Source: an uncultured bacterium
GTDB taxonomy: Bacteria; Oederibacteriota; JAAXVQ01; JAUVAV01
Direction of reading: 5' to 3'
NCBI GenBank assembly: GCA_963710755.1
Contig: CAVQBK010000001.1
Location: 64,001 to 128,000 of the forward strand
Length of the DNA: 64,000 nt
Shown: in pieces, positions 50,236 through 62,391 of the stretch
How the letters are laid out: every line of letters starts with the position of its first letter
How positions within the stretch are numbered: position 1 is the stretch's first letter
Program-made: the position numbers and the translations under genes
The notes under the pieces: generated by a model
The model's input: the letters and a program-made list of their open reading frames with translations, nothing else
What the model was told of the DNA's origin: nothing
The model's database searches: none

Positions 50236-51204
50236 GTGAAAAAAATCTATCTTGGCATTGATTTGGGTGGCAGCAACATAAGTGCAGCGTTGATGGATGC
50301 CAGTGGAACCATTATCCGTTTTGAAAAAACGGCTACGTTGGCCCAAAGTGGGAAAAAAAGAGTAATCGAACGAATCGTAGGTTTGGCCAATAAAATCCAA
50401 CATGATGCCGGGGTTTCCAAAAAAGAGGTTAAAGGCATGGGCATGGGTGTGCCGGGGGTATTGGATGTTTCCCGCGGCGTGGTCAAATATTCACCCAACC
50501 TGCCGGGATGGCGGAATGTTCCTCTGAAAAAGGAGTTGGAAGATGCTTTGGCCTTGAAAGTCGTAATTGATAATGATGCCAATGCAGCGGCTTATGGTGA
50601 GAAATGGCTGGGTGCCGGCAACGGCAAACAGGATGTGGTGGTGTATACCTTGGGCACCGGTGTGGGTGGCGGCATTATTATTGGAGGCCAGCTGGTACAC
50701 GGCAGTTGCGACGGGGCAGGAGAACTGGGACATACGACGATCATGGTGGATGGACCACAATGCGCTTGTGGTAATCACGGTTGCCTGGAAACCCTGGTTT
50801 CAGGCACGGGGATTGCCCGGCGCGCTCAAGAACTGATCAAGGCCGGCCGAAAATCCATTTTATTGCGGATGTGCGATGGACGGCTTTCCGATATTACGGC
50901 CAAACTTGTTTTTCTCGGAGCGCGCAAAGGCGATAAATTGGCCAAGGAAGTGGTGGAAAAAACCGGTGAGTATTTGGGCATTGCCGTGGCCAATATGATT
51001 AATCTTCTTAACCCCGAATTGATAATAATTGGTGGCGGGGTGTCCGTAGCCGGAGAGCTGCTGTTAAAAGTGATAAGACAGGAAGCAAAAAAACGAGCGT
51101 TTAAGGAACTTTACCGTTGTACCAAGATTGTCAAAGCAACGCTGGCGGATCGGGCAGGCGTTTATGGAGCAGTGGGCATTGCCATTCAAGCTTTTGGGCA
51201 GTAA
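50236..51204 (+). CDS. ROK family sugar kinase (glucokinase-like)
   Basis: GIDLGGS, DNDANAAA.GE, TLGTGVGGG, ELGH, CACGNHGCLE. Confidence 0.93.
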   Translation: MKKIYLGIDLGGSNISAALMDASGTIIRFEKTATLAQSGKKRVIERIVGLANKIQHDAGVSKKEVKGMGMGVPGVLDVSRGVVKYSPNLPGWRNVPLKKELEDALALKVVIDNDANAAAYGEKWLGAGNGKQDVVVYTLGTGVGGGIIIGGQLVHGSCDGAGELGHTTIMVDGPQCACGNHGCLETLVSGTGIARRAQELIKAGRKSILLRMCDGRLSDITAKLVFLGARKGDKLAKEVVEKTGEYLGIAVANMINLLNPELIIIGGGVSVAGELLLKVIRQEAKKRAFKELYRCTKIVKATLADRAGVYGAVGIAIQAFGQ

Positions 51205-51225
51205 TGACACGGGGGCAGTAATCGT

Positions 51226-51624
51226 ATGAAGAAAAAAATTATTTTCATTGAGGATGAAGAAGATCTTAGAAATGCCGTGAAATTTATTCTGGAAGCCGAG
51301 AATTATGAGTTTTATGGTGCAGCCAACGGCCCCGAAGGTATTGCCAAGATCACTAAATATAATATTGACTTGATGTTGCTCGATATCATGATGCCGGGTA
51401 TGGATGGGTTTGAGGTATGCCGGGCTATCAAGAGCGAACCTGCCATTGATCTGCCGGTGGTGTTCGTATCTGCCAAAACGGAAGCTACCGATATTGCCCG
51501 CGGATTTGCGCTGGGTGCTGACGATTACATCATCAAACCTTTTGATCCTAATGACTTGGTCACCCGTATCAAGAAAGTGTTTCAAAAATACGAAGAAAAA
51601 AACCGCTATAATAAACAAACCTAA
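51226..51624 (+). CDS. Single-domain response regulator
   Basis: IEDE, LLDIMMPGMDGFEVC, SAK, GADDYI.KPF. Confidence 0.92.
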   Translation: MKKKIIFIEDEEDLRNAVKFILEAENYEFYGAANGPEGIAKITKYNIDLMLLDIMMPGMDGFEVCRAIKSEPAIDLPVVFVSAKTEATDIARGFALGADDYIIKPFDPNDLVTRIKKVFQKYEEKNRYNKQT

Positions 51625-51775
51625 TGCTTGATGGAACCAGCCCTTTGACCTGCCCAACATCCCAAAGCCCTGCAGGTTATGATTCCTTATCCAACAACTT
51701 CATTTACACAAACGCTAATTTCAAAAAAAAGGATCATTATTGTTTAGGTTATTCTTGTTGCGGAAAGGGCGATTT

Positions 51776-51809
51776 CCTTCTCCCATTTCCCGGGAATTGG
51801 GGAAAGGGA
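51776..51809. repeat. REP-like hairpin (CCTTCTCCC family)
   Basis: CCTTCTCCCATTTCCCGGGAATTGGGGAAAGGGA, similar to 11364-11392. Confidence 0.5.
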
Positions 51810-52031
51810 GCATAAGACTTAGGTTTTAAAGATAATCCTTCACCTCCATCCCCGTGGGATGCCCGCTGCAAGAGTATCTCACCAGAGGAGAGGCATATTA
51901 TATTAAGATCGAAAAGATCTGTTTTCGCAACAGGAACTGGATAGGCCAGGTGATGGCATCTTTCTAATAAGTCCGGGATAACCGGCTGGTGCGGCCAAAT
52001 TGAATTGATCAAATGATTGAAGGATAAGGCG

Positions 52032-52484
52032 ATGAAAGTCTTGGTTCAACGCGTTTTATCGGCTAAAGTGGAAGTGCATGGCCGGTTGGTTGCCGCTATA
52101 GATCAAGGGCTGTTGGTTTTCCTGGGCGTGGGTCGTGAAGACGGAGCCCAAGACTGCGACCTACTCATTGACAAATTGTTGCATCTGAGGGTTTTCGAAG
52201 ACCAAACAGGCCGGATGAATTTTTCTCTTGTCGATAAACAGTTGGATATTTTAGTCGTGCCTCAGTTTACGCTGATGGCTTCCTGCCGTAAGGGCCGGCG
52301 TCCTGACTTTACCCAGGCGGCGGAACCTGCAAGGGGAGAGGCTATGTTTGGACGGTTTATAACCGGTTTAAAAGCGCGTTGGAATAAAGTGGAACAAGGT
52401 ATATTCAAGGCAAGCATGCAGGTCACTTTAGTAAATGATGGTCCTGTTACCCTAATGATTGACTCCAAGGATTTTTTGAAATGA
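52032..52484 (+). CDS. dtd: D-aminoacyl-tRNA deacylase
   Basis: MKVLVQRV, LRVFED..G.MN.S, PQFTL, GRRP.F, NDGPVT. Confidence 0.96.
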   Translation: MKVLVQRVLSAKVEVHGRLVAAIDQGLLVFLGVGREDGAQDCDLLIDKLLHLRVFEDQTGRMNFSLVDKQLDILVVPQFTLMASCRKGRRPDFTQAAEPARGEAMFGRFITGLKARWNKVEQGIFKASMQVTLVNDGPVTLMIDSKDFLK

Positions 52485-53626
52485 GTTTAAACGACAATAT
52501 TACCCTTTTACATACCGCCGATGTTCACCTGGGCGCTAAGTTCTTAGGCTTGGGGGGAAAAGGCAAAGAGCAGCGAGATCAAATCCGAACCACCTTTGGT
52601 GTAGTTATCAACTTGGCTGTGCAGAAAAAAGTGGATGCCTTATTGTTGGCCGGTGATACTTTTGATTCCAACAAACCCTCGCCCGAATCTCTGGACTGTT
52701 TCCGGCAGGGCATGCAACTTTTGGCTGAGCATCACATCCCTACGTTGATTATAGGTGGTACTCACGACTGCCTGAATCAAGAATCGGTCCTGAAAGAACT
52801 TTGCCAGGACATGCCACAAACCCTGATCCTTTTGGAAAAAACCAGGCCGTGGTGGCGGCACCCCCTTAAAGATATTTGTATTTACGGGGTTTCCCAGGAA
52901 CAAGCGGATTATCCACTTGATCCCGGCCGCGTTTTGGCTGAGTTGGAAAAGCAAAAGGCGCGCTGGCACGTAGGCATACTGCATGCGGCTTTGGAACTAC
53001 AATACCATCGCGGACAAGAAGCGGTGATTACCAAAACTGACATTGAAAACAGCCAAATGCACTATTTGGCGCTTGGTCATTGGCATAATAAAATGGATGC
53101 TTCCCGCGGAAATACCAGCTGCTGGTATCCCGGATCGCCCGAAATGGTAGCCCTCGATGAAAAAGACCGGGGTCAAGTATTACTGGTGCAGTTGGATGGA
53201 TCAGGGAAAATTGAAGTGGTGCCTCAAGAGGTGGGAAAACGGCAGAAAAAAACGGTGACGATCGATTGGAGTGCCCAGACCTCTGATGAGCTAATCAAGG
53301 AAGTGGCCCTGGAAGCGGATTCTGATAGGGTGCTGGAATTGATTTTGACCGGTCAGGTGAATCCGGAAGAAGCCGTGCAGGACCGTGACTTACTAGAGAA
53401 ACTGGAACCTCTTTTTTTTCATATCAGTCTTAAAAACCGAACTCATCCCAGGCTTGGTGAAGAAGAACTGAAGCGTTTTCATGAGAAAACGGTGATTGGA
53501 ACTTTTGTCCGCCAGATTCAGCAAGATATGATCCAAGCTGATGAACATCGTCGCAAGCTCCTGGAAGAAGCCATGCAAATGGGTGTGCAGTTATTGACCG
53601 GCAAGGACGTGGCGCCATGGTCCTGA
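52481..53626 (+). CDS. Mre11/SbcD-like metallophosphoesterase nuclease (YhaO-like)
   Basis: HTADVHLG, LAGD.FD, GGTHD, YLALGHWH, YPGSPE. Confidence 0.9.
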   Translation: MSLNDNITLLHTADVHLGAKFLGLGGKGKEQRDQIRTTFGVVINLAVQKKVDALLLAGDTFDSNKPSPESLDCFRQGMQLLAEHHIPTLIIGGTHDCLNQESVLKELCQDMPQTLILLEKTRPWWRHPLKDICIYGVSQEQADYPLDPGRVLAELEKQKARWHVGILHAALELQYHRGQEAVITKTDIENSQMHYLALGHWHNKMDASRGNTSCWYPGSPEMVALDEKDRGQVLLVQLDGSGKIEVVPQEVGKRQKKTVTIDWSAQTSDELIKEVALEADSDRVLELILTGQVNPEEAVQDRDLLEKLEPLFFHISLKNRTHPRLGEEELKRFHEKTVIGTFVRQIQQDMIQADEHRRKLLEEAMQMGVQLLTGKDVAPWS

Positions 53627-55671
53627 CAGAATTGGAGATGGAAAATTTCAAACGTTTTCGCCACAAAAAAATCTTGTTCAAACCGGGGTTGAATGTAATC
53701 AGCGGGCCGAATGAAGCAGGGAAGAGTACCATACGCGCAGCGATTACGGTGGCGCTCTTTGAAAATCCATTAAGTTCCAAAGAAAGCTTGAAACGGTACC
53801 AATCCTGGCAGGTGCCGGGGTTGTTCCAACTGGTGCTAGGGTACCTTGATCAGGCCGGCCGGCCCTGCCGATTGGAGAAAAATTTCGAGGACAAGAAAAT
53901 GCTGTTGGAATGTGATCGGGAGCGTTTTAAAATTCCTAAGAGTATGCAACAGAAAGTGCATGATACTATTGGGCTGGACACCGTGGAATTTTTCAATCTC
54001 ACTTCTTCTTTGGATATTCGATCTTTGGACAATCTGGGTAATGGTGCTAATCGTAAACAGGTGGCTCAAAGAATATCCGGGCTGATGAGCGGCACCGAAT
54101 CGGGCCAGGATGTGGTGAGTGCTATTAGGAAGATCAGTGAAGCACTTAAGGAATTGCAAAAAGGATTGAAAAGTCAAGCTAAAATACCGGGTGCTTTGAA
54201 AGCCGCGCAAGATCGAAAAATCAGTCTCTTGGCGGCCTTGCAGGAGCAAAAGAAAGCTCTGACGGTCAGAAGCGGTCATTTGCAAGAACGGTTCAAGCTG
54301 GAAAGTGAATGGTCAGGCAATGAAAGTGAACGAGAAAATCTGCAGCACTTGGTTGATGTCAATCAGCGCTTGGCCAACCTTCGTCAGCGACAAGAAGAGT
54401 TGACGGTTCAGGAACGCGACTATGAACAAAGATCGCAACAGCGACGTGAGCTGGAACAAACCTATGAGACGTTGAGTCAACAAGTGGATCAGGAGCCCTT
54501 GCTTGGCCTGGCCGCAGGCCAACTAGACCAATTGCTTGAAGCACAAGCCCGGCTACATGTGTTGGAGGACTCCACCCAACCGGCTTTGCCTTTGTCTCCG
54601 CAACGTCCAAGACTATATAGAGGGACGAGCCTGATGACTATTCTGGCCGGGTTGGGCTTGTTGTTCTGGAATTGGCCGATAGGGTTGATTATGGCGGCGA
54701 TAGGTGTTTGGTTGCTGGTAAGAACAGAAACCCAATATAAGCAGCAATGCCAAAACTTTAGGAAAGTCATGGAAGAACAAACGGCGTTGCGAGAGGAAAA
54801 AGAGAAACTGGAAAAATTTATTCATCAATGGGAAATGCAAGTGGGGCCGGTGAAACAGGGAGATCTTAGAACGCGCTGGCAGAATGCACAAAGTCTCAAG
54901 ACGAAATTTGAAACCTTGAAAGAACAATTGGCTAAAACACCGGGAGTAGATGAAAAGCGGTGGGAAAGTGTGCGTCGCGAGCTACGGTTGACGAATGACG
55001 AACTGCACGATCCTGGCTTGACGGGGTTGGTGCTGGAACCGGAAAAATTGATGGCACAAAAGCGCCGGTTGGCTCAATTGGAAACACAAAAATCTCAATT
55101 GCACGATCGGCTTGCTCATTTGGAAGCCCTCCTCAATCATGAATCATCCCATCAAGAAAAACTGAGCGAGATGGAAGAATCCTTGGAAAGGTTGAATAAT
55201 CGTATTGCTTATTTACAGGAGCGGGAACAAGTATGTCAAATAACTTTGACTTATCTTGAGAAAGCCCGCCGCGACACCATGAATCCGGCCCGCCTGGTTT
55301 TGGAACATCGCGCCGGGGAACTCATGGGCTTGTTTACAGAAGGAAAATACGAGCAAATTGCCATTAGCGATGAGGATTTGACCAGCCAAGTTCATATGAA
55401 GGAAACCGACCGCTGGGAAGCGCCGGAGGTGCTCTCGCAAGGAACTTTTGATCAACTATATTTGAGTCTTCGTTTGGCTTTGTCGGAAATATTAACCGGC
55501 GGTCGAAAACCCCCGTTACTATTGGATGAACCATTAAGTGCTTTTGATAAACAGCGCTTTCAGGCGGCATTACAAAGTTTGAGAAAAATAGCCCGCCAGC
55601 GGCAGATTATTATTTTTACCTGTCGTGATGAATATAATGCAGCGGCTGATCATGTGATCACTTTAAGTTAA
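53617..55671 (+). CDS. Rad50/SbcC-like (YhaN-like) coiled-coil ATPase
   Basis: GPNEAGKST Walker A, long coiled coil, LSQGT signature, LLLDEP Walker B; central hydrophobic hairpin. Confidence 0.88.
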   Translation: MVLTELEMENFKRFRHKKILFKPGLNVISGPNEAGKSTIRAAITVALFENPLSSKESLKRYQSWQVPGLFQLVLGYLDQAGRPCRLEKNFEDKKMLLECDRERFKIPKSMQQKVHDTIGLDTVEFFNLTSSLDIRSLDNLGNGANRKQVAQRISGLMSGTESGQDVVSAIRKISEALKELQKGLKSQAKIPGALKAAQDRKISLLAALQEQKKALTVRSGHLQERFKLESEWSGNESERENLQHLVDVNQRLANLRQRQEELTVQERDYEQRSQQRRELEQTYETLSQQVDQEPLLGLAAGQLDQLLEAQARLHVLEDSTQPALPLSPQRPRLYRGTSLMTILAGLGLLFWNWPIGLIMAAIGVWLLVRTETQYKQQCQNFRKVMEEQTALREEKEKLEKFIHQWEMQVGPVKQGDLRTRWQNAQSLKTKFETLKEQLAKTPGVDEKRWESVRRELRLTNDELHDPGLTGLVLEPEKLMAQKRRLAQLETQKSQLHDRLAHLEALLNHESSHQEKLSEMEESLERLNNRIAYLQEREQVCQITLTYLEKARRDTMNPARLVLEHRAGELMGLFTEGKYEQIAISDEDLTSQVHMKETDRWEAPEVLSQGTFDQLYLSLRLALSEILTGGRKPPLLLDEPLSAFDKQRFQAALQSLRKIARQRQIIIFTCRDEYNAAADHVITLS

Positions 55672-55691
55672 AAACTGGAGGAAGATCAATT

Positions 55692-56591
55692 ATGAGGGAA
55701 ACCATCACGATTTTTATATGTGCGGTCATCTTTATTGTGGCCTTGCAAACGGGATTGGTGAGAACCGGTTTGGATTATGAGACATTGAAGAATGCCAACC
55801 AAAATTTGAAAACCACCAATGACCGTCTGACGGAAGAAGTTGAAAAAATTAAAAACGGCTCGAGTCAAGATGCGGTGCTGGAACAAAACGACCAGGCTGT
55901 GAAAGAGGCCTTGCAATCATTGGAACAAAGTCTTATGTCTAACGTTGAAAAAGGGGAAGTGGAGCTTTTTTTAAGAAAAGGACAACCGGTGGTAAAATTG
56001 TATGAAAGTACCCTATTTGACGGAAAAAACACAGTGCTGTCCGAAGAGGGTAAAAAAATTCTATTAAAAATGGTTGGTATATTTAGTAAATTTCCCGATG
56101 AACAAGTACAAATCACCACCTATACGAATACCGGGAAAATTATGCCCCCTTGGAGTACATGGGCTCGTTCCCATCGCTGGCTGGGAGCTTTGCAAGGGGC
56201 CGTCGTGGCCGATTGGCTGCAACAGGAGGCTGGTGTGGATCCAGCCCGGCTGATGACGGCAACTTACGGATATGCCCGGCCAAGCGTAAAAAACAATTCT
56301 GCCTCCAATCGTCGTAAAAATCAATTCCTGGAGGTGACCTTAGTCGCCACTGACCTGCAAGCGTTGGAGCAGGCCAGAGAAATATTAAATAATGAAAAAC
56401 TGCCGCCGCTTTCAACCAACGCCGTGGTCGCACCACCGACGATCAACAAAAAAAGCAAGCGGTCCGCCCAACCAGCTGTGACCTCGGCACCTGAGGTGAC
56501 TGAGGAAGAAGCGATTGGTGAAGAAGCCTTGGATAAATTGGATGAAAACGAATTTGATGCAGGCTATGAGTTGCCTGACCAAGCACAATAA
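55692..56591 (+). CDS. OmpA/MotB-family membrane-anchored protein
   Basis: N-terminal TM, coiled coil, LFD.....LS.EGK..L, GVDP.RL...YG..RP...N....RRKN. Confidence 0.8.
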   Translation: MRETITIFICAVIFIVALQTGLVRTGLDYETLKNANQNLKTTNDRLTEEVEKIKNGSSQDAVLEQNDQAVKEALQSLEQSLMSNVEKGEVELFLRKGQPVVKLYESTLFDGKNTVLSEEGKKILLKMVGIFSKFPDEQVQITTYTNTGKIMPPWSTWARSHRWLGALQGAVVADWLQQEAGVDPARLMTATYGYARPSVKNNSASNRRKNQFLEVTLVATDLQALEQAREILNNEKLPPLSTNAVVAPPTINKKSKRSAQPAVTSAPEVTEEEAIGEEALDKLDENEFDAGYELPDQAQ

Positions 56592-56641
56592 GCACAGTCC
56601 AAGTACGTAAGATGAGAAATAAACCTTAGGGGAGAACCAAA

Positions 56642-57010
56642 TTGTTGAAAATAAAAAAGGAAATTTCTTCCAAACAAAAAGCCTTGTTGATGGTTTATGC
56701 CATCATGGAAAAAAAGGGCATTAACCCTGTCATCATCGATATCTCAACCTTGTCAAGTCTGGCCGATTATTTTGTTATTGCTTCCGGTAAAACTGAAATT
56801 CAAGTTAGAGCCATTACTCAGGAAATGGAACGGTTGTGCCGGGAAGAGTCTATTAAAATATATCGCCAAGAAGGGATGGGCAACTGGACATGGGTATTAT
56901 TGGACCTGGATGATGTTATAGTCCATATTTTTAAAGATAGTGACCGTCATTACTATGATTTGGAATCACTTTGGAAAATGGCACCGCGGTTGTCTGTGCC
57001 GGAATTGTGA
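56642..57010 (+). CDS. rsfS: Ribosome silencing factor RsfS
   Basis: EKKG.....DI, ADYFVIASG, WVLLD..DVIVHIF....R.YYDLE.LW. Confidence 0.96.
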   Translation: MLKIKKEISSKQKALLMVYAIMEKKGINPVIIDISTLSSLADYFVIASGKTEIQVRAITQEMERLCREESIKIYRQEGMGNWTWVLLDLDDVIVHIFKDSDRHYYDLESLWKMAPRLSVPEL

Positions 57011-57019
57011 CGGTGGTCG

Positions 57020-57790
57020 ATGCCTCTAATCACGCTTACCACTGATTTCGGGGTACGAGATCCATACGTTGGGGAAGTAAAAGGTGTGATTTATAGCCAT
57101 TGTCCATCTGCGGCCATGGTGGACATCACTCATGAAATCAAGCCCTATGATTGCCTGTTGGCCGGACATACCCTAAATAAAGTGCATAGGTCCTTTCCTG
57201 AAGGGAGTATTCATCTTTGCGCTGTAGGTGATGCCAAGAGAGGTATTATTGTCAAATATCGAGGCCAATTGTTTGTGGCTCCTGATAATGGTGTTTTAAC
57301 GCCGTTTTTTAAAAAAAAACGAATACAAGTGCTGGCTTTGAAGAGGAAAACTAAAAATGACTTTTTCCAAGCCCGCGATATTCTTGCACCCGCCGCTGGG
57401 CGCCTGGCGTTCGGTCGAAAGCCGGAAACGCTAGCGCAACCGGTATCTTGTTTCACAACCTTATCCCAAGCCAAACCGGCATGGCAAGGTCGGAAAAAAG
57501 AAGTTAAAGGCCAAGCCATGGTCATTGACCGGTTTGGTAATGTGGAAACCAATATTCCCGCGGTTATGTTAATTAAGTTTAAAAACCCCGAGGTCGTGTG
57601 GGGTAAACAAGTGATTACACGCTTCTATAAAAATTATCATGCCATGCCCCCAAAACAGCCGGGATTTATTGTTAATTGTTATGGTTATGTGGAATTGACT
57701 CTGAAGCACGAAGCACTTGCCTCTATTTGGGAAATAATGCCCGGTGAGAGGATTATCGTGAGGGAAAAATACAATAATGTATCAATTTAA
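57020..57790 (+). CDS. SAM hydrolase / chlorinase-fluorinase family (DUF62)
   Basis: ITLTTDFG..DPYVG..KGVI, DITH.I, FVAPDNG, F.ARDI.AP.A, IDRFGNV.TNI. Confidence 0.92.
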   Translation: MPLITLTTDFGVRDPYVGEVKGVIYSHCPSAAMVDITHEIKPYDCLLAGHTLNKVHRSFPEGSIHLCAVGDAKRGIIVKYRGQLFVAPDNGVLTPFFKKKRIQVLALKRKTKNDFFQARDILAPAAGRLAFGRKPETLAQPVSCFTTLSQAKPAWQGRKKEVKGQAMVIDRFGNVETNIPAVMLIKFKNPEVVWGKQVITRFYKNYHAMPPKQPGFIVNCYGYVELTLKHEALASIWEIMPGERIIVREKYNNVSI

Positions 57791-57877
57791 CCATGTTCCT
57801 TGACTTTGGCCGCATATTTGCGATAATAATAATATAGTAGAATGTAAAGCAAAAGATGTTTATTTTGGCCAAGGTGA

Positions 57878-60154
57878 GTGGGAATGACGGCTCATGAAAT
57901 GGTGCTTTCTCAAGCACGACAGGATATTAATTGGCGATGGTGGTCCTTGGCCAGCCTTTTAGGGGTAATGGTTGCGTTTAATCACCCTAGCTCTTCCTTG
58001 CGCTATTGGCCCTTGGTGACGGTTTTTGGATTAAGCATGGCCTACAATTTTTTGCTTGCTTTGCTAATTCATCACAAAATATTTTCCCGCCTTTTTTCCT
58101 TTGTTGAGATCCTCGTCGACCTCTGTTTGATCAGTGTGTTGGTTTATTACACAGGTGGCGTTTTCAAGAGCGCCTTTTTTTTATTATTTCCCCTCACGAT
58201 TGTATTAAGAACCATTAAATTTCAACGCCTTCAAATCTTGATTGCCACAGTCGGAGCCGTAACGGCAGCGCTTGTTTTAACCGGGATTTCCTCGGGTCAA
58301 ATCAACTGGTATCAACTGTTTGATAAACTATTCCTACTGGCAGGTCTTGGACTAATCGGTACTTTCTTGATTGGGTCAAACCAGCGCACCCTCAGACACC
58401 ATGAAAAAACAACCTTGGAGAAGATTTCGGTCGCTGACACGCTGGAAAGAGAAAACGAGAAATTAAAACAAAATATTGCCATGTCGACAGAGCGTCTTCA
58501 GGACGTGACCATCACTATCATGAAGAAAAATTTAGCCTTGATGGCCTTCCAGGAAATTTATTCGGCGATGAGCACCACCAACAACCCCAGGCGGCTGTTA
58601 AACTTGGTGATTGATACGGCCATGTCCTTGCTGCAAGGCACTGCCGGATGCTTGATGCTGACGGATGAGACTACAAATAAATTGCGCATTCGCGTTGCCC
58701 GTGGCATGAGCCCTAAACTAATCAGAACCATCCATCCCAAACTCAACGATGGCGTCGAGGGGGAAGTACTTCAGAACAGCAAGAAAATATTTTTTAGAGA
58801 CCTCTCCGTCACGGGTTATAAACCGCTTTTGGCCCCCTTGGGCCGGAGTAAACTATGTGTACCCATTGTCCTTAAAAACAAACCGATCGGCGTACTCTCG
58901 GTGGAAAAGGATGTGCCAGAAGCTTATACCGATACCGATCTTGAACTCATGTCCATTCTTGCAGCCCAGACGGCCGAGGTACTGCAGAATATCGAAATAT
59001 ACCAGGAAATGCAGCATAAAGCCGAAGGTTTGGAATTACTTTTTGACGTCAATAAAAATATCGGCACTGTTTACAACCTACGCAAACTTTTTGAAACAGT
59101 TTTGGAAAGAGCCATGCAAGTGATGAAGGCCAAACGCGGATCGTTGTTGATATACGAAAAACTCAATGATGAATTGGTGGTGCGTGCGTCTATTGGACTG
59201 AATAACAACTCCACATCTCCTATTACGGCCAGCACCGCAAGCGGAATAGCCGGCTGGGTTTATCAAAATGTCAAACCACTCTTGATTCGATCAGTGGAGA
59301 ACAGTTCTTATTTTGACCGGGAAAATGATGAGGCCTATGCGGGTAAGGATCTTATTGCTTGTCCGTTAAATATCCGCAAAAAAGTTTTCGGTGTTATTTG
59401 TTTGAACGATCGTCAGGGCGGTAAGCATTTTACTAAGGATGACTTGGCCTTGTTGGGAGCCTTGGCTTCACAAGCCGCCATAGCCATTGAAAATGTGGAA
59501 CTATATGCCAGCATCCGGCGGGATTATATTAATGCAGTAAAAGCATTAGCCGCCGCGGTCGATGCCAAGGATCACTATACCCATGGGCATTCAAACAAAG
59601 TTATGGCGTACTCCGCCATTATTGCCCGGGAATTGGGGATGGGTGACAAAGAAGTGGAAAAGATTAGTTATGGTGCCCTTTTACATGACGTGGGTAAAAT
59701 TGGCATTTCGGAAAGCCTTTTAAACAAGCCTTCGCGCTTAACACCAAAAGAATTTGATACGATAGCCATGCATCCCATTCTGGGCGTATCGATCGTGCAA
59801 AATATCGAATCGTTACGTGACTTGATCCCCACCATTCTCTATCATCATGAGCGATACAATGGTGGCGGTTATCCGGAAGGAAAGATGGGCAATACTATCC
59901 CGTTGGGAGCCAGGATTGTAGCAGTAGCCGATGCCTGGGATGTCATGACTTCTGACCGAGCCTACCGCAAAGCGTTGCCTATCAGTGTGGCTGTGGCTGA
60001 ATTAAAAAAATGTTCCAATACCCAATTTGATCCCGAACTGGTAGAATTGTTTTTAACGGCATTGAAGAAAAATGAGAAAATCGAACCGTTTAAAGAAGAG
60101 GAAACTACGGATTTGGTCTGGGATGAAGAGGGTATGGGGTGGATGATGGATTAG
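57878..60154 (+). CDS. Membrane-bound GAF-GAF-HD-GYP cyclic dinucleotide phosphodiesterase
   Basis: About 6 N-terminal TM helices; two GAF domains; YT.GHS, LHDVGKIG, HHERYNGGGYP, ADAWD.MTSDR.YR. Confidence 0.92.
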   Translation: MGMTAHEMVLSQARQDINWRWWSLASLLGVMVAFNHPSSSLRYWPLVTVFGLSMAYNFLLALLIHHKIFSRLFSFVEILVDLCLISVLVYYTGGVFKSAFFLLFPLTIVLRTIKFQRLQILIATVGAVTAALVLTGISSGQINWYQLFDKLFLLAGLGLIGTFLIGSNQRTLRHHEKTTLEKISVADTLERENEKLKQNIAMSTERLQDVTITIMKKNLALMAFQEIYSAMSTTNNPRRLLNLVIDTAMSLLQGTAGCLMLTDETTNKLRIRVARGMSPKLIRTIHPKLNDGVEGEVLQNSKKIFFRDLSVTGYKPLLAPLGRSKLCVPIVLKNKPIGVLSVEKDVPEAYTDTDLELMSILAAQTAEVLQNIEIYQEMQHKAEGLELLFDVNKNIGTVYNLRKLFETVLERAMQVMKAKRGSLLIYEKLNDELVVRASIGLNNNSTSPITASTASGIAGWVYQNVKPLLIRSVENSSYFDRENDEAYAGKDLIACPLNIRKKVFGVICLNDRQGGKHFTKDDLALLGALASQAAIAIENVELYASIRRDYINAVKALAAAVDAKDHYTHGHSNKVMAYSAIIARELGMGDKEVEKISYGALLHDVGKIGISESLLNKPSRLTPKEFDTIAMHPILGVSIVQNIESLRDLIPTILYHHERYNGGGYPEGKMGNTIPLGARIVAVADAWDVMTSDRAYRKALPISVAVAELKKCSNTQFDPELVELFLTALKKNEKIEPFKEEETTDLVWDEEGMGWMMD

Positions 60155-60222
60155 TCGGGAGTGAGCCGATTTACCTGCCTTTGACCTAATGATTGTAAAA
60201 TTAAAAAAAATATAAAAATAAG

Positions 60223-60250
60223 TTGACAATAAAAAAAAACAAAGTATAAT
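60223..60250 (+). promoter_or_regulatory. rRNA promoter P1
   Basis: TTGACA-N16-TATAAT with A-rich UP element. Confidence 0.85.
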
Positions 60251-60316
60251 CCCGTTCTGTTGTCGCTGACTTGATTTTTATCCCAAAGAAAAATAAATAA
60301 AAAAATAAAAATTAAG

Positions 60317-60344
60317 TTGACAAATTTTTAAAAAAAAGTATAAT
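60317..60344 (+). promoter_or_regulatory. rRNA promoter P2
   Basis: TTGACA-N16-TATAAT with A-rich UP element. Confidence 0.85.
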
Positions 60345-60541
60345 TCAATCCGCTTCAGAAGTGGCCTTGAGCCGCGGCGAAGCAAAAGATTCATAACTTT
60401 CAGGCAACTGAAACTAACGAATCATCAATGCGAGATCTCTTCGGTCCTTGAAAACTAAACAGTGAAAAGAAACAGCGAGTCCTCGTTGTAATGACGAGGT
60501 CAGATCTTAATTGATAATTGAGTAATTGAGCTATATCAAAT

Positions 60542-62116
<1,575 letters not shown>

Positions 62117-62272
62117 CATCTGCAAAGGTTAAGTCGCTTTGCAGTAATTCTGTCCATGCAAAAGCGTATCACTACGCTTTTGCCAAACAGTCTCCTAGGT
62201 CGAACTCGTTGTTCTTTTCCTGTTTAGTTTTGTGGGACCGAAACAAATCCCCTGAAGGTATGGGGTCTTTTT

Positions 62273-62349
62273 GGGCCTTTAGCTCAGTTGGTTAGAGCGC
62301 ACGCTTGATAAGCGTGAGGTCTCAGGTTCAAGCCCTGAAAGGCCCACCA
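62273..62349 (+). tRNA. tRNA-Ile(GAT)
   Basis: GGGCCTT/AAGGCCC acceptor, CACGC-TTGATAA-GCGTG, CCA. Confidence 0.97.
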
Positions 62350-62391
62350 GCGAATTTTGAACAGCAAAATTCCATGTGTTAATACAAAAAC

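Noticed and set aside
57020-57790. True fluorinase/chlorinase
   Set aside because: Housekeeping context and no halometabolite genes; most family members are SAM hydrolases
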